A stretch of 64,000 nucleotides of DNA from an uncultured delta proteobacterium (GCA_963832165.1 CAWHTE010000002.1:192001-256000), one strand, 5' to 3'. Shown: positions 1-10,419, counted from the stretch's first letter. Program-made: numbers and translations. Notes: generated from the sequence alone by a model not told the origin.

Positions 1-737
1 GTGTCGCCCGCGAAGAAGTAGCGGCGCGCGCCGGAGTCGATCAGCCACGTGCACCAGAGCGATTCGTTGGTTCCGAGATCCGCACGGCGCGACCAGTGCT
101 GCGACGGCAGGCAGGTGATCGTCCAGCGGCCGCGTTGCGCGCTCTGCCACCAGTCGAGCTCGACGACGTTGGGGCGCTCCCGGTCGCGGAACCAGTCCGC
201 GAGCCCGAGCGGCACGAACCACTGGACGGTCGCGGGCAGCGCGTCGACGGTGTAGGCGTCGAGGTGGTCGTAGTGGCTGTGGGAGATCACCGCGAACGCG
301 TCGGGCGGGACCGCCTCGATCGGAACGCCGGGGGGTACGAGCCGCGCCGGGATCAGCGCGCGCGGGCCGAAGTGCGGATCGGTGAGGATCACGTCGGGGC
401 CGTCGTGGATCGCGAAGGTCGCGTGCCCCACCCAGGTGAAGCTCGCGCTGTGCTCGACCCCGGCGAGGCCGCGGCCGTCGTTCGCGGCGATCGGAACGAC
501 CGGCGCGCGGCTCTTGTCGTAGGGATTGCGCGAGAACAGCTGCCAGCGCAGGAAGCCCCAGACCGACTTCGGGTCGCTCGACCACGGCGTGAAGAAGCCC
601 GCGTCTCGATCGCCGTGGGGCGCGTAGAGGGAGCGGGCGTTCTCGGGCGCGTCTTCGGGGGCATCCGCGGTGCGCACCGGGAATGCTGCGAGCAGCGCGA
701 ACCCCACGGCGGCGCAGGCAAACAGCGAACGCTTCAC
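1..737 (-). CDS. MBL-fold metallo-hydrolase, NAPE-PLD-like (partial; runs off the window)
   Basis: Not in the ORF track; hand translation from GTG at 737 (GGAG upstream) gives a signal-like N-terminus, TWVGHATF, VISHSHYDHLD, QHWSRR and LWCTWLIDSGARRYFFAGD. Confidence 0.85.
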   Translation of the reverse strand, partial: MKRSLFACAAVGFALLAAFPVRTADAPEDAPENARSLYAPHGDRDAGFFTPWSSDPKSVWGFLRWQLFSRNPYDKSRAPVVPIAANDGRGLAGVEHSASFTWVGHATFAIHDGPDVILTDPHFGPRALIPARLVPPGVPIEAVPPDAFAVISHSHYDHLDAYTVDALPATVQWFVPLGLADWFRDRERPNVVELDWWQSAQRGRWTITCLPSQHWSRRADLGTNESLWCTWLIDSGARRYFFAGD

Positions 738-829
738 TCCATCTCCACGGACGCGGTGCGGTACATACGGTATCCGGCCCGCGCGCGAGCGTCTTCTCGA
801 ACGGGCCGGGTACACTCGCGAGCCCGCTT

Positions 830-870
830 GGTGGTCTTCGCTCGCCTGCGGCTCGCTGCGCGCAACTTGC
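830..870 (+). repeat. Dispersed 41-bp element, copy 1
   Basis: GGTGGTCTTCGCTCGCCTGCGGCTCGCTGCGCGCAACTTGC, 38/41 identical to the copy at 14786; directly followed by the GGAGG RBS. Confidence 0.9.
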
Positions 871-880
871 GGAGGTCACA

Positions 881-1639
881 GTGCCGATTCGCGCCATCGT
901 CTTCGATCTGTTCGACACGCTCGTCGACCTGCGCTGGGAGCGCCTGCCGGTCACCGAACACCGCGGGAAGAAGCTGCCCGCGTCGACGCCGGAGCTCCAC
1001 GAGCGTGTGCGCGGCCGCTGCGCCGTCGATCTCGACACGTTCGTGGATGCGATGGTGCAGGGCGATCGCGACTTCGCCGAGTCGCACTACAAGCACGACC
1101 GCGAGGTGCCGACCGAGCTCCGGATGGGAGCCGTGTTGCGCCGGCTGGGGGTCGAGGATCCCGCCCTCGCGCGCGAGCTCACGCTGCTACACATGAATGT
1201 GGTGCGCAGCGGGGTCGAGCTCGTGGCGCACCACGGTGCCGTGCTCGACCGCCTGCGCCAGAACCGGCGCCTCGGGCTGTGCTCGAACTTCAGCCACTCG
1301 GAGACGGCGCTCGCGGTGCTCGAGGACGCCGAGCTCCGCCACCGACTCGATCCGGACGCGCTCGTCGTCTCCGATGCGTTCGGCCTGCGCAAGCCGCGCG
1401 CCGAGATCTTCGCGGAGGTGGTCGCGCGGCTCGGCGCCGCGCCCGAAGAGACGCTCCACATCGGCGATAGTCTGCGCGCCGACGTGGGCGGCGCGGCGAG
1501 CGCGGGTCTGCGCACGGCCTGGATCACGCGGCGCGTCGCCGACCCGAAATCCGCACTCGCCGAGCACGAAGGCCCGCGTCCGGATCACGTGATCGGCGAT
1601 CTCGCGGAGCTGCCCGACCTCTTGACTCAGTTGGGCTGA
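881..1639 (+). CDS. HAD-superfamily hydrolase
   Basis: FDLFDTLVD motif I, CSNF, RKP, HIGDSLRADVGGA; GGAGG before GTG 881. Confidence 0.9.
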   Translation: MPIRAIVFDLFDTLVDLRWERLPVTEHRGKKLPASTPELHERVRGRCAVDLDTFVDAMVQGDRDFAESHYKHDREVPTELRMGAVLRRLGVEDPALARELTLLHMNVVRSGVELVAHHGAVLDRLRQNRRLGLCSNFSHSETALAVLEDAELRHRLDPDALVVSDAFGLRKPRAEIFAEVVARLGAAPEETLHIGDSLRADVGGAASAGLRTAWITRRVADPKSALAEHEGPRPDHVIGDLAELPDLLTQLG

Positions 1640-3504
1640 GCGCGCAGGCAACCGACGAAGAAGTTTCCCGCGCTCGTCTCTACGATCGACTCGTCGCGCT
1701 CGCCGGGCTGGCGCCGGAACAGCTCCACTTCGGCATCGTCGGGGCTCATCGAGATCACGCAGGGAATTCCGCGCGCGTCGAGCTCGGCGAGGTAGCGCGC
1801 GCGCAGGCGGTTGTTGTGGATCGTCTGCGACGGCTCGGGGTCGGGCGTGGCCGGCACGAGGTCGGCGAAGAAGTACCAGTGTCCGCGGCTGCCGATCGCG
1901 CTCGCCACGACGACCGGGCGCGTCCCGACCTTCTCGCGCAGGCGCCGAGCCGTGTCGAGGAACTCTCCGAGCGGCAGCGCGCTGAACACCGAGTAGGGCT
2001 GCGCGAGGTCGTAGCGGTATCCGACGCGGCCCGGAACCGGATCGACCTGCGCCCCGCGCGCCGCGAAGGCGCGGGCTCGTCCGGCCGGATCACCGGAGAG
2101 ATGCGCGAGCTGCTCGGTGCGCAGCGCGCCGAGCACGGGCAGGAGCATCAGCACGAGCACGGGCGACGAGGCGAGCCGGAGGTCGGTGCGCCGCAGCCCC
2201 GCGACGGCGGCCGCGACGAGGAAGGCGAGCGGCACGAGCATCGCGAGCACGTGCGACTCCTCGCTGCGCAGGAGCGCAGGTGCGTGGCCCGCGAACGCCG
2301 CAGCGGCGACGGCCGCCGCCGTCACGCGCCAGTGCCGCGAGCGGTGTCCGCCGAATGCGGCCACCGCGAGCAGCGCCGCCGCCGCGATCGGAACGGCGAG
2401 GAAGAGGATTCCGACCGGGTCGAGGAACGAGCCGTCGAACGGCATGTTCGAGAAGCCCGAGACGACGTAGCCGCCGACTTCGAAATAGCGCCGCACGAAC
2501 GCGCCGAGCGCGCCCGCCGACGCAAACAGCAGCAGCATCGGCGCCACTGCGAGCAGCGCGCCCGCACCGAACGCGGCCGCGATCGCGGCGACGCGCGCGA
2601 ACGATGCCGCGCGCGTCGCCAGCGCGAACGCGGCGAGCAGCGCCGCCCCCGCGACCCCGCAGCCGAGATTCTCCTGGGCGATCAGCGCGAGCCAGCCCCA
2701 GACGAGTCCGCCCGCGGCGAGGATCAATCCCTCGCGCGCCGAGAGCGGCGCATCGCGCGGCGGAACGCGCGCGAGCACCGAGCCGATCGTCAGCACGGCG
2801 TGGACCCCGCCCGCATAGCGGATGCAGGTGGCCCATCCGTAGAAGAACTCGTAGCTCCCGCCCGCGGTCGGCCACAGGAACGCAAACGGGGAGAAGAGCC
2901 GCAACGTCACGAGGCCCGCTGCGACCGCCGCCAGGGGGAAGAGCCACGCGAGCCAAGCCACAAGCAGTGCGCCGCCCGCGAAGTTCATCCACAGCCAGAA
3001 CTCGCGGAATCGCTCGAGCGACACACCGAAGTGTTCGAGGTACTGGACCGCGAGCATCTGCATCCCGGGCCCGTACTGCGTGCCCGACTCGAGGTAGAAG
3101 TCCTTCCCGGCGAGCAGCGCCTGGATCGGGCCGAGGTGGGCCAGCTCGTGCCACTCCATCGGACGCGCAGCCTGCTCGAGGTTCCAGGGTGGCCCGAGCC
3201 AGAGCGCGTAGACGGCGAGCGCGCCGAGCACGCGCGCAAACGAGGACGAGTCGCGCGGGGCCGCACCCACGGGCGAGTGACTCCACCACGCGCGGGACCG
3301 CACCGCGAGCAAGGGCACGAGCCCGAGCGACGCCACGCCCAGCCAATAGCCGATCAGCAGCCAGCGCCGGTCGTGGAACTCGTAGCCGAACCAGACGATC
3401 TCGGGATCGGGCCCGGGCAGCCACGCGCGCGCGGCGAGTGCGACCGCGAGCGAGCCCGCGAGCGCGACCAACGCCGCCGCGAGCGAGCGGTGCAGATGCC
3501 GCAT
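1627..3504 (-). CDS. Polytopic membrane protein, possibly GT-C-fold glycosyltransferase
   Basis: Many hydrophobic segments; loop EWHELAHLGPIQALLAGKDFYLESGTQYGPG resembles the first loop of GT-C enzymes. Confidence 0.6.
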   Translation of the reverse strand: MRHLHRSLAAALVALAGSLAVALAARAWLPGPDPEIVWFGYEFHDRRWLLIGYWLGVASLGLVPLLAVRSRAWWSHSPVGAAPRDSSSFARVLGALAVYALWLGPPWNLEQAARPMEWHELAHLGPIQALLAGKDFYLESGTQYGPGMQMLAVQYLEHFGVSLERFREFWLWMNFAGGALLVAWLAWLFPLAAVAAGLVTLRLFSPFAFLWPTAGGSYEFFYGWATCIRYAGGVHAVLTIGSVLARVPPRDAPLSAREGLILAAGGLVWGWLALIAQENLGCGVAGAALLAAFALATRAASFARVAAIAAAFGAGALLAVAPMLLLFASAGALGAFVRRYFEVGGYVVSGFSNMPFDGSFLDPVGILFLAVPIAAAALLAVAAFGGHRSRHWRVTAAAVAAAAFAGHAPALLRSEESHVLAMLVPLAFLVAAAVAGLRRTDLRLASSPVLVLMLLPVLGALRTEQLAHLSGDPAGRARAFAARGAQVDPVPGRVGYRYDLAQPYSVFSALPLGEFLDTARRLREKVGTRPVVVASAIGSRGHWYFFADLVPATPDPEPSQTIHNNRLRARYLAELDARGIPCVISMSPDDAEVELFRRQPGERDESIVETSAGNFFVGCLRAQPN

Positions 3505-3612
3505 TCCACCGAGCGGGATCGGACTCCGGACCCGCCGCGAGCAGCGCTCGCCCGAGGTCGCGCGCTGCCGCGAGCAGTTCGCGGGCCGGTGAAGCGAATC
3601 CCATGGACCCGG

Positions 3613-4458
3613 TTAGGGGAGCCCGGCTCCGGGCACCGACACCTCGACGACCTCGATCTTCGCGCTGCGCTTCGCGCGGCAATCCTCCGCCGCGAGGCTC
3701 TCGGAGGTGCACACGAACAGCGTGGTCCGCTTCGGACCCCCGAGCATGCACGCAATCGCCTGCGTGGCGACTCGGATCCGCTCGGTCACCTCGCCACCCT
3801 CGCGCACGCGCAGCACCTCGCCGCTCATCGGAGAGGCCACCCAGATCGCGCCCTCCGCATCGAGGCAGATCCCGTCGGGCACGGCCTTCTCGAGCTGTGC
3901 CCAGACGCGGCGGTTCGAGAGCGAGCCGTCTTCGGCCACGTCGAACGCGGTGAGACGCGAGCCGAACGATTCGCCCACGATCAACGTGCGGCCGTCGGGC
4001 GTGATCACGGTGCCATTCGGGAACGAGAGATCATCCGCGGCGATGCGCACCTGGCCATCCGGTGAGACGAGCGCCATCGCCGTCGTGCGCGGCTTTTCCC
4101 CCTTCGAAAAATCGAAGCCGAAGTTGCCCACGTACGAGCGGCCGCGCGCGTCGGTCACCATGTCGTTGCAGTGATAGGTGGCCACGCGCGAGAGATCGGC
4201 GACTTCGTGGAGCCCATCGGGGTCGAGGCGCAGCAGGCGGCGGTCTCGCATCGATACCACGAGCAGGCGGCCGTCGGGCAGCCAGCCGAGGCCGGAGGGA
4301 TCGTTCTCGACCCGCACGATCTCCTCACAGCGGCCGTCGAGATCGACCGTCTTCACGAGCTGGTCGTGCATGTCGGAGAACCAGAGCTTGCCGTCGCGCC
4401 AGCGCGGGCCCTCGGGAAACGCGAGGCCGTCGAGCAGGACGTCGGTCGTCTTCGCCAT
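3613..4458 (-). CDS. SMP-30/gluconolactonase/LRE family protein
   Basis: FPEGPRW, CNDMVTD, FPNG, PDGICLDAEGAIWVA. Confidence 0.92.
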   Translation of the reverse strand: MAKTTDVLLDGLAFPEGPRWRDGKLWFSDMHDQLVKTVDLDGRCEEIVRVENDPSGLGWLPDGRLLVVSMRDRRLLRLDPDGLHEVADLSRVATYHCNDMVTDARGRSYVGNFGFDFSKGEKPRTTAMALVSPDGQVRIAADDLSFPNGTVITPDGRTLIVGESFGSRLTAFDVAEDGSLSNRRVWAQLEKAVPDGICLDAEGAIWVASPMSGEVLRVREGGEVTERIRVATQAIACMLGGPKRTTLFVCTSESLAAEDCRAKRSAKIEVVEVSVPGAGLP

Positions 4459-4465
4459 TTTGTTC

Positions 4466-4499
4466 GATCTCCGCTCGGCTCCGCCTTCGCTGCGCGCGA
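4466..4499 (+). repeat. Diverged copy of the 41-bp element
   Basis: CGCTC-GGC-TCC-GCC-TTCGCTGCGCGCGA versus consensus CGCTC-GCC-TTC-GGC-TCGCTGCGCGCGA; stem bases swapped but pairing kept. Confidence 0.6.
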
Positions 4500-4619
4500 G
4501 GAACCGCTTGCGCGCAGCATACCAGCAGCGAGGCGCCGTGCAGCGACGATCGAATCGGCGATGGGCTCGCCCCGGTCTTCCGGTTACCCTCGCGAGTGAA
4601 GCGTCGAACCGGGGGATGG

Positions 4620-5069
4620 ATGCAGGCGGGCGACGAGGTGCGCGCCGCAGCGCAGCGGGATCTCGCTTTGCCGCCGCGTCGCGCGGCCGCGTGGGCGGCG
4701 GGTGTGTGGCTGCTCGTGATCGTCGTGCTCTCCGCCACCGCGACGATGAGCCCGCGCGTCGTGCTGCAGTGGACCCCCTACCTGCCGGGGCGCGACAAGA
4801 CGGGCCACTTCCTGTTGATGGGAGGATTCGCCGGGATCTCCGTGCTCGCGTTCGCGGGCCGGCGACTCGGAACGCGGCGCGTCTCGGCGCTCGGCGTGCT
4901 GGCGGTGGTGACGCTGCTGGTCGTGCTCGAGGAGTATCTGCAGGTCTGGCTGCCGCACCGAACGTTCTCGTCGGTCGACCTCGCCTGGAGCCTCGCGGGC
5001 GTGGCCAGCTTCGGCGCGCTCGCGGCCGGCTGGCGCGCGCTGCGGAGCCGGCGCAAGCCGCCGCGTTAG
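4620..5069 (+). CDS. VanZ family membrane protein
   Basis: DKTGHFLLMG and EEYLQVWLPHRTFSSVDL motifs; four hydrophobic segments. Confidence 0.8.
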   Translation: MQAGDEVRAAAQRDLALPPRRAAAWAAGVWLLVIVVLSATATMSPRVVLQWTPYLPGRDKTGHFLLMGGFAGISVLAFAGRRLGTRRVSALGVLAVVTLLVVLEEYLQVWLPHRTFSSVDLAWSLAGVASFGALAAGWRALRSRRKPPR

Positions 5070-5075
5070 GTGGAT

Positions 5076-5097
5076 CGCGGGCCGGCGGCGGCCCGCG
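5076..5097. terminator. Hairpin between convergent genes
   Basis: CGCGGGCCG-GCGG-CGGCCCGCG, perfect 9-bp stem. Confidence 0.5.
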
Positions 5098-5100
5098 GAC

Positions 5101-5444
5101 TCACGACCCGCGCAGCGGTACACGTCGAACGAGCGCCGACCCTCCGACGACGTCGGACCCTGGGGCACGATCGTGTCGCCCCCCATCTCGCTCGCTTCGT
5201 TGCGCGCGAGTCTCTCGAGCTCCTCGTTCACCTTCATCGGGCTGCGCGAGAAGAAGGTCACCCGCGTGCTGGTCTTGGCGTGGGTCGCGCCGAGCTTCTC
5301 GCAAGCACCCACCTGGGCCATCGTGCCGACCTGGATGCTCTCGCCAGGTGGTGTGAGCTTCACCCAGGTGCAGGCGCCCGCGAGCATGGCCGTGCCCGCA
5401 ATCGCCGTGATTCGCAACCCCAGTGCGATTCGTGTGTCGTGCAA
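5101..5444 (-). CDS. DUF4156-like lipoprotein (stop codon out of frame by one base)
   Basis: TTG at 5444 after AGGAGA; lipobox LAGAC; CTWVKLT...C.KLG...LARNEASEMGGDTIV...FDVYRC; TGA at 5101-5103 is off-frame. Confidence 0.75.
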
Positions 5445-5581
5445 AGCTTCGTCTCCTGCGATTGGCCCCGCGCAGGGTAACGCACGATCGCGCGTATGCG
5501 CCGGCATGCCGATCACTGCGCGCATGGAGCGGCCGATCGCGCGGCGCTAGCCTGGAGCGTCGTCCAGGAGGATCCCCCCCC

Positions 5582-6769
5582 GTGGCATTGCTCGACTACC
5601 TCGCATTCGACTGCGACAACCACTACTACGAGGCGCACGACGCCTTCACGCGCCACGTTCCGCGCGCGATGCAGCCGCGCTGCGTGCAGTGGGCCGAGAT
5701 CGAGGGGCGCAAGTACCACGTCGTGGGCGGCAAGCTGTCGCGAGCGGTCGTGAACCCCACCTGGAACCCGATCGCGAAGCCCGGAGCAATGTACGAGTAC
5801 TTCCGCGGCAACCCGCACGGCCGCAATCCGCTCGAGATGCTGCGCGACCGCGAGCCGCTGCCCTCGCATTACATCGACCGCGACGCCCGCGTAGCGGTGA
5901 TCGAGCGTCAGCAGCTCGAGGCCGTGTGGCTGTTTCCCACACTGGGCGTGCTGTACGAGGAGCTGCTCAAGCACGATACGGAAGCCGTGGTGACGTTGGT
6001 CCGCGCGTTCAACCGCTGGCTCGAGGAAGACTGGGGCTGCAACTACAAGGGCAAGATCTACGCGGCGCCCTACATCTCGCTGGTCGACCTCGACTTCGGT
6101 TGCGGCGAGCTCGACTGGGCGCTTGCGCAGGGCGCGCGCGTGGTGGTGATGCGACCGGCGCCGATCTGGACCGCGCAGGGGCCGCGCTCGCCGGCCGACC
6201 CGATCTTCGACCCGTTCTGGGCGCGTGCAGCGGAGGCCGGGATCACCGTGGTCGTCCACGCGGGCGACTCGGGCTACACCACGCACGGCTACGTGCGCGA
6301 CGGCTTCGCCTCGGGCTTCGACGGGGGGAACAACTACAAGCCGTCGGTGAAGTCGTTCCTGATCGAGCGCGCCGCCTACGACTTCCTGATCACGCTCGCC
6401 TACGAGAAGCTCTTCGAGCGCCATCCGAACCTGCGCGTCGCGTCGGTCGAGAACGGCTCGGAGTTCCTCCCGGATCTGTTCCGCAAGCTCGAGCAGTCGA
6501 AGAACCGCATGCCGGGCTACTACGCGGAGGACCCGTCGGCGCTGTTCCGCAACAACGTCTGGATCAACCCGTTCTGGGAGGACGACGTGAACGAGGTGGT
6601 GCGCCTGCAGGGCGCCGACCGCGTGATCTTCGGCTCCGACTGGCCGCACATCGAGGGGATGCCCGAGCCGCTCGACTACCTGCGCGACCTCGCCCACTTC
6701 GACGCGGTCACGAAGCGCAAGATCCTGCGCGAGAACGGCGTCGAGCTGAACAACCTGCGGCCGGCCTGA
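5582..6769 (+). CDS. Amidohydrolase family protein (Amidohydro_2)
   Basis: [34 protein letters not shown]. Confidence 0.9.
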   Translation: MALLDYLAFDCDNHYYEAHDAFTRHVPRAMQPRCVQWAEIEGRKYHVVGGKLSRAVVNPTWNPIAKPGAMYEYFRGNPHGRNPLEMLRDREPLPSHYIDRDARVAVIERQQLEAVWLFPTLGVLYEELLKHDTEAVVTLVRAFNRWLEEDWGCNYKGKIYAAPYISLVDLDFGCGELDWALAQGARVVVMRPAPIWTAQGPRSPADPIFDPFWARAAEAGITVVVHAGDSGYTTHGYVRDGFASGFDGGNNYKPSVKSFLIERAAYDFLITLAYEKLFERHPNLRVASVENGSEFLPDLFRKLEQSKNRMPGYYAEDPSALFRNNVWINPFWEDDVNEVVRLQGADRVIFGSDWPHIEGMPEPLDYLRDLAHFDAVTKRKILRENGVELNNLRPA

Positions 6770-6771
6770 GC

Positions 6772-8250
6772 GTGGCGGATCCGATCCTCGTCGCGCGGAA
6801 CGGCGACGTGGAGTGCAACCTGCTGCCGGCCATGGCCAACCGCCACGGGCTGATCAGCGGCGCCACGGGCACCGGCAAGACGGTCACGCTACAGGCGATC
6901 GCCGAGGGTCTCTCGAAGCAGGGCGTGCCGGTGTTTCTGGCCGACGTGAAGGGAGACCTCGCCGGAATTTCGCAGGCGGGAACGCTGCCGCCGAAGGTGG
7001 CCGCGCTGATCAAGGAGCGCGGCCTGCCCGAGCCGCAACCGATCGCGTGCCCCGCGACGCTCTGGGACGTGTTCGGCGAGCAGGGCCATCCCGTGCGCGC
7101 GACCGCGAGCGACATGGGGCCGCTGCTGCTCGCGCGCATGCTCGCGCTGAACGACATCCAGTCCGGCGTGCTGAGCCTCGTGTTCAAGGTCGCCGACGAC
7201 AACGGCCTCGCGCTGCTCGACTCGAAGGACCTACGCGCGATGCTCCAGCACGTGGGCGAGAACGCGCGCTCGTTCACGACCGAGTACGGCAATGTGAGCC
7301 CGGCGTCGATCGGTGCGATCCAGCGCGGCCTGCTGCAGATCGAGGAGCAGGGCGGCGACCGCTTCTTCGGCGAGCCGATGCTCCAGATCGCCGACTTCCT
7401 GCAGACGGCCGACGGCCGCGGCGTGGTCAACGTGTTGGCCGCCGACCGGTTGCTCCAGGCGCCGAGGCTGTACGCGACGTTCCTGTTGTGGCTCTTGTCG
7501 GAGCTGTTCGAGGCATTGCCCGAGGTGGGCGATCTCGACCAGCCGAAGCTCGTGTTCTTCTTCGACGAGGCCCACCTCCTGTTCGAGGACGCGCCGGCCG
7601 CGCTCGTCGAGCGGATCGAGCTCGTCGTGCGCCTCGTGCGCAGCAAAGGCGTCGGTATCTTCTTCGTCACACAGAACCCGCTCGACATTCCCGATACCGT
7701 GCTGGCCCAGCTCGGCAACCGCGTGCAGCACGCGCTGCGCGCGTTCACGCCGCGCGACCAGAAGGCGGTGAAGGCGGCCGCGAGCACGATGCGCGTGAAC
7801 CCGAAGCTCGACGTCGAAGCCGCGATCGGCGAGCTCGCTGTCGGCGAGGCGCTCGTCTCCCTGCTCGACGAGCAGGGGCGCCCGGGTGTCACGCAGCGCG
7901 TGTTCGTGGTGCCGCCCGGTAGTCAGATCGGGCCGATTGCGAGCGAGCAGCGCAAGGCGCTGGTCGCGAGCTCGCTCGTCGCTGGGGCCTACGACGAGGC
8001 GGTCGATCGCGAATCCGCCTACGAGAAGCTCAAGGGCCGGGCTGCCGCGAGCGCCGACGCCGCGAAGAGCGGACCGGATCGCGATTGGAAGGATCTCGTG
8101 TTCGGACATACTGGACCGCGCGGCGGACATCACGAGGGTCTCGCCGAATCGGCCGCGCGCAGCGCGGTGCGCAGCATCGGCTCGTCCGTCGGGCGCCAGA
8201 TCGTGCGCGGTGTGCTCGGATCGATCTTCGGCGGCGGACGCCGCCGCTGA
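6772..8250 (+). CDS. HerA-like ATPase, DUF853/YjgR family
   Basis: [16 protein letters not shown]alker A, FFFDEAH Walker [24 protein letters not shown]. Confidence 0.92.
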   Translation: MADPILVARNGDVECNLLPAMANRHGLISGATGTGKTVTLQAIAEGLSKQGVPVFLADVKGDLAGISQAGTLPPKVAALIKERGLPEPQPIACPATLWDVFGEQGHPVRATASDMGPLLLARMLALNDIQSGVLSLVFKVADDNGLALLDSKDLRAMLQHVGENARSFTTEYGNVSPASIGAIQRGLLQIEEQGGDRFFGEPMLQIADFLQTADGRGVVNVLAADRLLQAPRLYATFLLWLLSELFEALPEVGDLDQPKLVFFFDEAHLLFEDAPAALVERIELVVRLVRSKGVGIFFVTQNPLDIPDTVLAQLGNRVQHALRAFTPRDQKAVKAAASTMRVNPKLDVEAAIGELAVGEALVSLLDEQGRPGVTQRVFVVPPGSQIGPIASEQRKALVASSLVAGAYDEAVDRESAYEKLKGRAAASADAAKSGPDRDWKDLVFGHTGPRGGHHEGLAESAARSAVRSIGSSVGRQIVRGVLGSIFGGGRRR

Positions 8251-8275
8251 CTTCTACTACGAGAAAGGAACCCCC

Positions 8276-9187
8276 ATGATCGCTTCACGACGATTGATCG
8301 CCTTCGTTCTTCCGGCCATCGCCCTGATCTCGGCATCCGCCTGCAACAACGCGGCGAAGATCGCCGAGTACACGGCAAAGGCACAGCAGCTCGTGACGAC
8401 GTACTCGCCGCAGGTCGCCCAGCTGCAGACCCAGCTCCCGGATCTGCTGACGCGCGCTGGGGCGATTCCCGACGAGGTTCCTGGCGCGAGCGACGTGAAG
8501 ACCGCGCTCGGGACCAGTCAGGAGACGCTCGCGAAGCTCCAGTCACTGCTCGTTGCGCTGCCGGACCAGGTCGCGAACCTGATCAAGGAGCGCAAGACCG
8601 AAGAGGCCGACGCCGCGCTCGCATCCGCCACCCAGGCGCTCGAGACCGGCCTCTCGGAGGCGCAGGCCCATCTGGGCACGGCCACCGCGCAGATCGCGGA
8701 ACTCGAGGCGAAGGCGATCGAGATGGCGGGCTTCACCAAGGCGCTCTCGTCGGGGTTCGAAGTGAAGGGTGCGACGGACGGTCTCGAGAGCCAGCTCGTC
8801 GCATTCCTCGACGACAGCGCGCAGCCGATCGACAAGACGAAGTGGTTCACGTGCGACAAGCTCGTGTTCCGGGCGGAGGCGCCCGAGCTCGACACGGAGC
8901 AATCGAGCGGTCAGGTCACGAACATCGCCGAGATCCTCAAGGCGTATCCGACCGCGAAGCTCACGATCGGCGGATTCACCGACAATACGGGTACCGCTGC
9001 CGCCAACAAGGCGCTTTCGAAGAAGCGTGCCGACGCGGTGGTGGCGGCGCTCGTGGCCGCGGGCGCCCCGAAGGACCGACTCGTGGCCGAAGGCCAGGGG
9101 CCCGAGAACCCGGTGTGCGCGGCCAACGACACCGAGGAGTGCAAGGCGCAGAACCACCGCATCGCGGTCAACGTGCGGTCGCGCTGA
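8276..9187 (+). CDS. OmpA-family lipoprotein with N-terminal helical region
   Basis: Lipobox ISASAC; C-terminal IGGFTDNTG...NKALSKKRADAV...NHRI. Confidence 0.88.
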   Translation: MIASRRLIAFVLPAIALISASACNNAAKIAEYTAKAQQLVTTYSPQVAQLQTQLPDLLTRAGAIPDEVPGASDVKTALGTSQETLAKLQSLLVALPDQVANLIKERKTEEADAALASATQALETGLSEAQAHLGTATAQIAELEAKAIEMAGFTKALSSGFEVKGATDGLESQLVAFLDDSAQPIDKTKWFTCDKLVFRAEAPELDTEQSSGQVTNIAEILKAYPTAKLTIGGFTDNTGTAAANKALSKKRADAVVAALVAAGAPKDRLVAEGQGPENPVCAANDTEECKAQNHRIAVNVRSR

Positions 9188-9188
9188 G

Positions 9189-10409
9189 ATGTCGTTCGAC
9201 ATCAACGATCTCGACAGCGACCCCGCTCAGCGCGAAGCCGAGCTCGCGCGGCTGCGGCGCGAGGATCCGGTCCACTGGGACGAGACGAACGGCTTCTGGC
9301 TGCTCACGCGCTACGCCGACGTGCGCGCCGCGTCGAAGGATCCGGAGCTGTTCTCCTCCCAGGCGAAGGGTCCGTGGCACACGTTCGACGTCCACTTCTC
9401 GATGCAGGCGCTCGACGGGCCGGAGCACCGCCGCCAGCGCGGCATCGCGTCGAAGGGGTTCACGCCGCGCATGGTGCGGCGGCTCAGCGAGACGGCGCAC
9501 GCGACGATCCACGCGTGCATCGATGCGGTCGAGGCGCAGGGCGCGTGCGAGTTCGTGAGCGCGCTCGCGGCGCCGGTCCCGCTGCGGCTGATCGCCGACA
9601 TGCTGGGCCTGCCCGCCGAGCACTTCGATCTGTTCCAGCGCTGGAGCGACGGCACTGCGTCCGCGGACCTTCAGCTGCGCAGCTCGCCGGGGTTCGCCGC
9701 GGATCAGGCACGGCTCGAGGCGCTCCTGCGCGAGGAGGCCGAGCGGCGGCGCAGCGAGCCGCGCGAGGACCTGATCAGCGCCGTGGTCGCAGCCGAGGCC
9801 GGCGGTGTGCTCGACTGGGGCGGCGCCGACTCGTTCGAGGGCTTCGCGAAGGACGACCTCGTCTCGTTCGCGCAGTTCATCCTGCTCGCCGGGAACGAGA
9901 CCACGCGCAACGCGATCTCGCGCGGCATGCTCGGGCTGATCGAGCACCCCGAGCAGTGCGAGCTGTTGCGCGCGCGTCCGGAGCTGCTCCCGAGCGGCGT
10001 CGACGAGATCCTGCGCTGGTCCAGTCCCGTGCGCGTGCTGCGCCGCGTGGCGACGCGCGACACGGAGCTGCGCGGAAAGAAGCTGCGCGAGGGCGACTCG
10101 GTGCTCCTGCTCTACGCCTCGGCGAACCGCGACGAGGAAGTCTTCGCCGATCCGTACGCGTTTCGCGTCGATCGCAGCCCGAACGAGCACATCACGTTCG
10201 GGCTCGGCCCGCACTTTTGCCTCGGCGCCAACCTCGCGCGCATGGAGATCGAGACGGTGATCGGCGCGCTGATCGAACGCCTGCCCGATCTGCGCCTCGC
10301 GCCGGGCGCGCGCGTGCGCGAGGCGCGCAACCCGATCCTCTCGGCGATCGAGGAGATGCCGGTCGAGTTCTCGCCGCGTGGCGAAGGCGGATTACGGCCT
10401 TTGGCCTAA
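9189..10409 (+). CDS. Cytochrome P450
   Basis: LAGNETT, EILR (ExxR), FGLGPHFCLGANLAR haem motif. Confidence 0.95.
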   Translation: MSFDINDLDSDPAQREAELARLRREDPVHWDETNGFWLLTRYADVRAASKDPELFSSQAKGPWHTFDVHFSMQALDGPEHRRQRGIASKGFTPRMVRRLSETAHATIHACIDAVEAQGACEFVSALAAPVPLRLIADMLGLPAEHFDLFQRWSDGTASADLQLRSSPGFAADQARLEALLREEAERRRSEPREDLISAVVAAEAGGVLDWGGADSFEGFAKDDLVSFAQFILLAGNETTRNAISRGMLGLIEHPEQCELLRARPELLPSGVDEILRWSSPVRVLRRVATRDTELRGKKLREGDSVLLLYASANRDEEVFADPYAFRVDRSPNEHITFGLGPHFCLGANLARMEIETVIGALIERLPDLRLAPGARVREARNPILSAIEEMPVEFSPRGEGGLRPLA

Positions 10410-10419
10410 TCCGCGCTAG
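10386..10419. repeat. REP-like palindrome (GTAG-family-like)
   Basis: GGCGGATTA-CGGCCTTTGGCC-TAATCCGCGCTAG; GCGGATTA/TAATCCGC arms with an inner GGCC/GGCC stem; overlaps both convergent stop codons. Confidence 0.7.

Noticed and set aside
6772..8250. HerA-like ATPase as an anti-phage system
   Set aside because: It matches the widespread DUF853/YjgR type; no nuclease or Sir2 partner is adjacent
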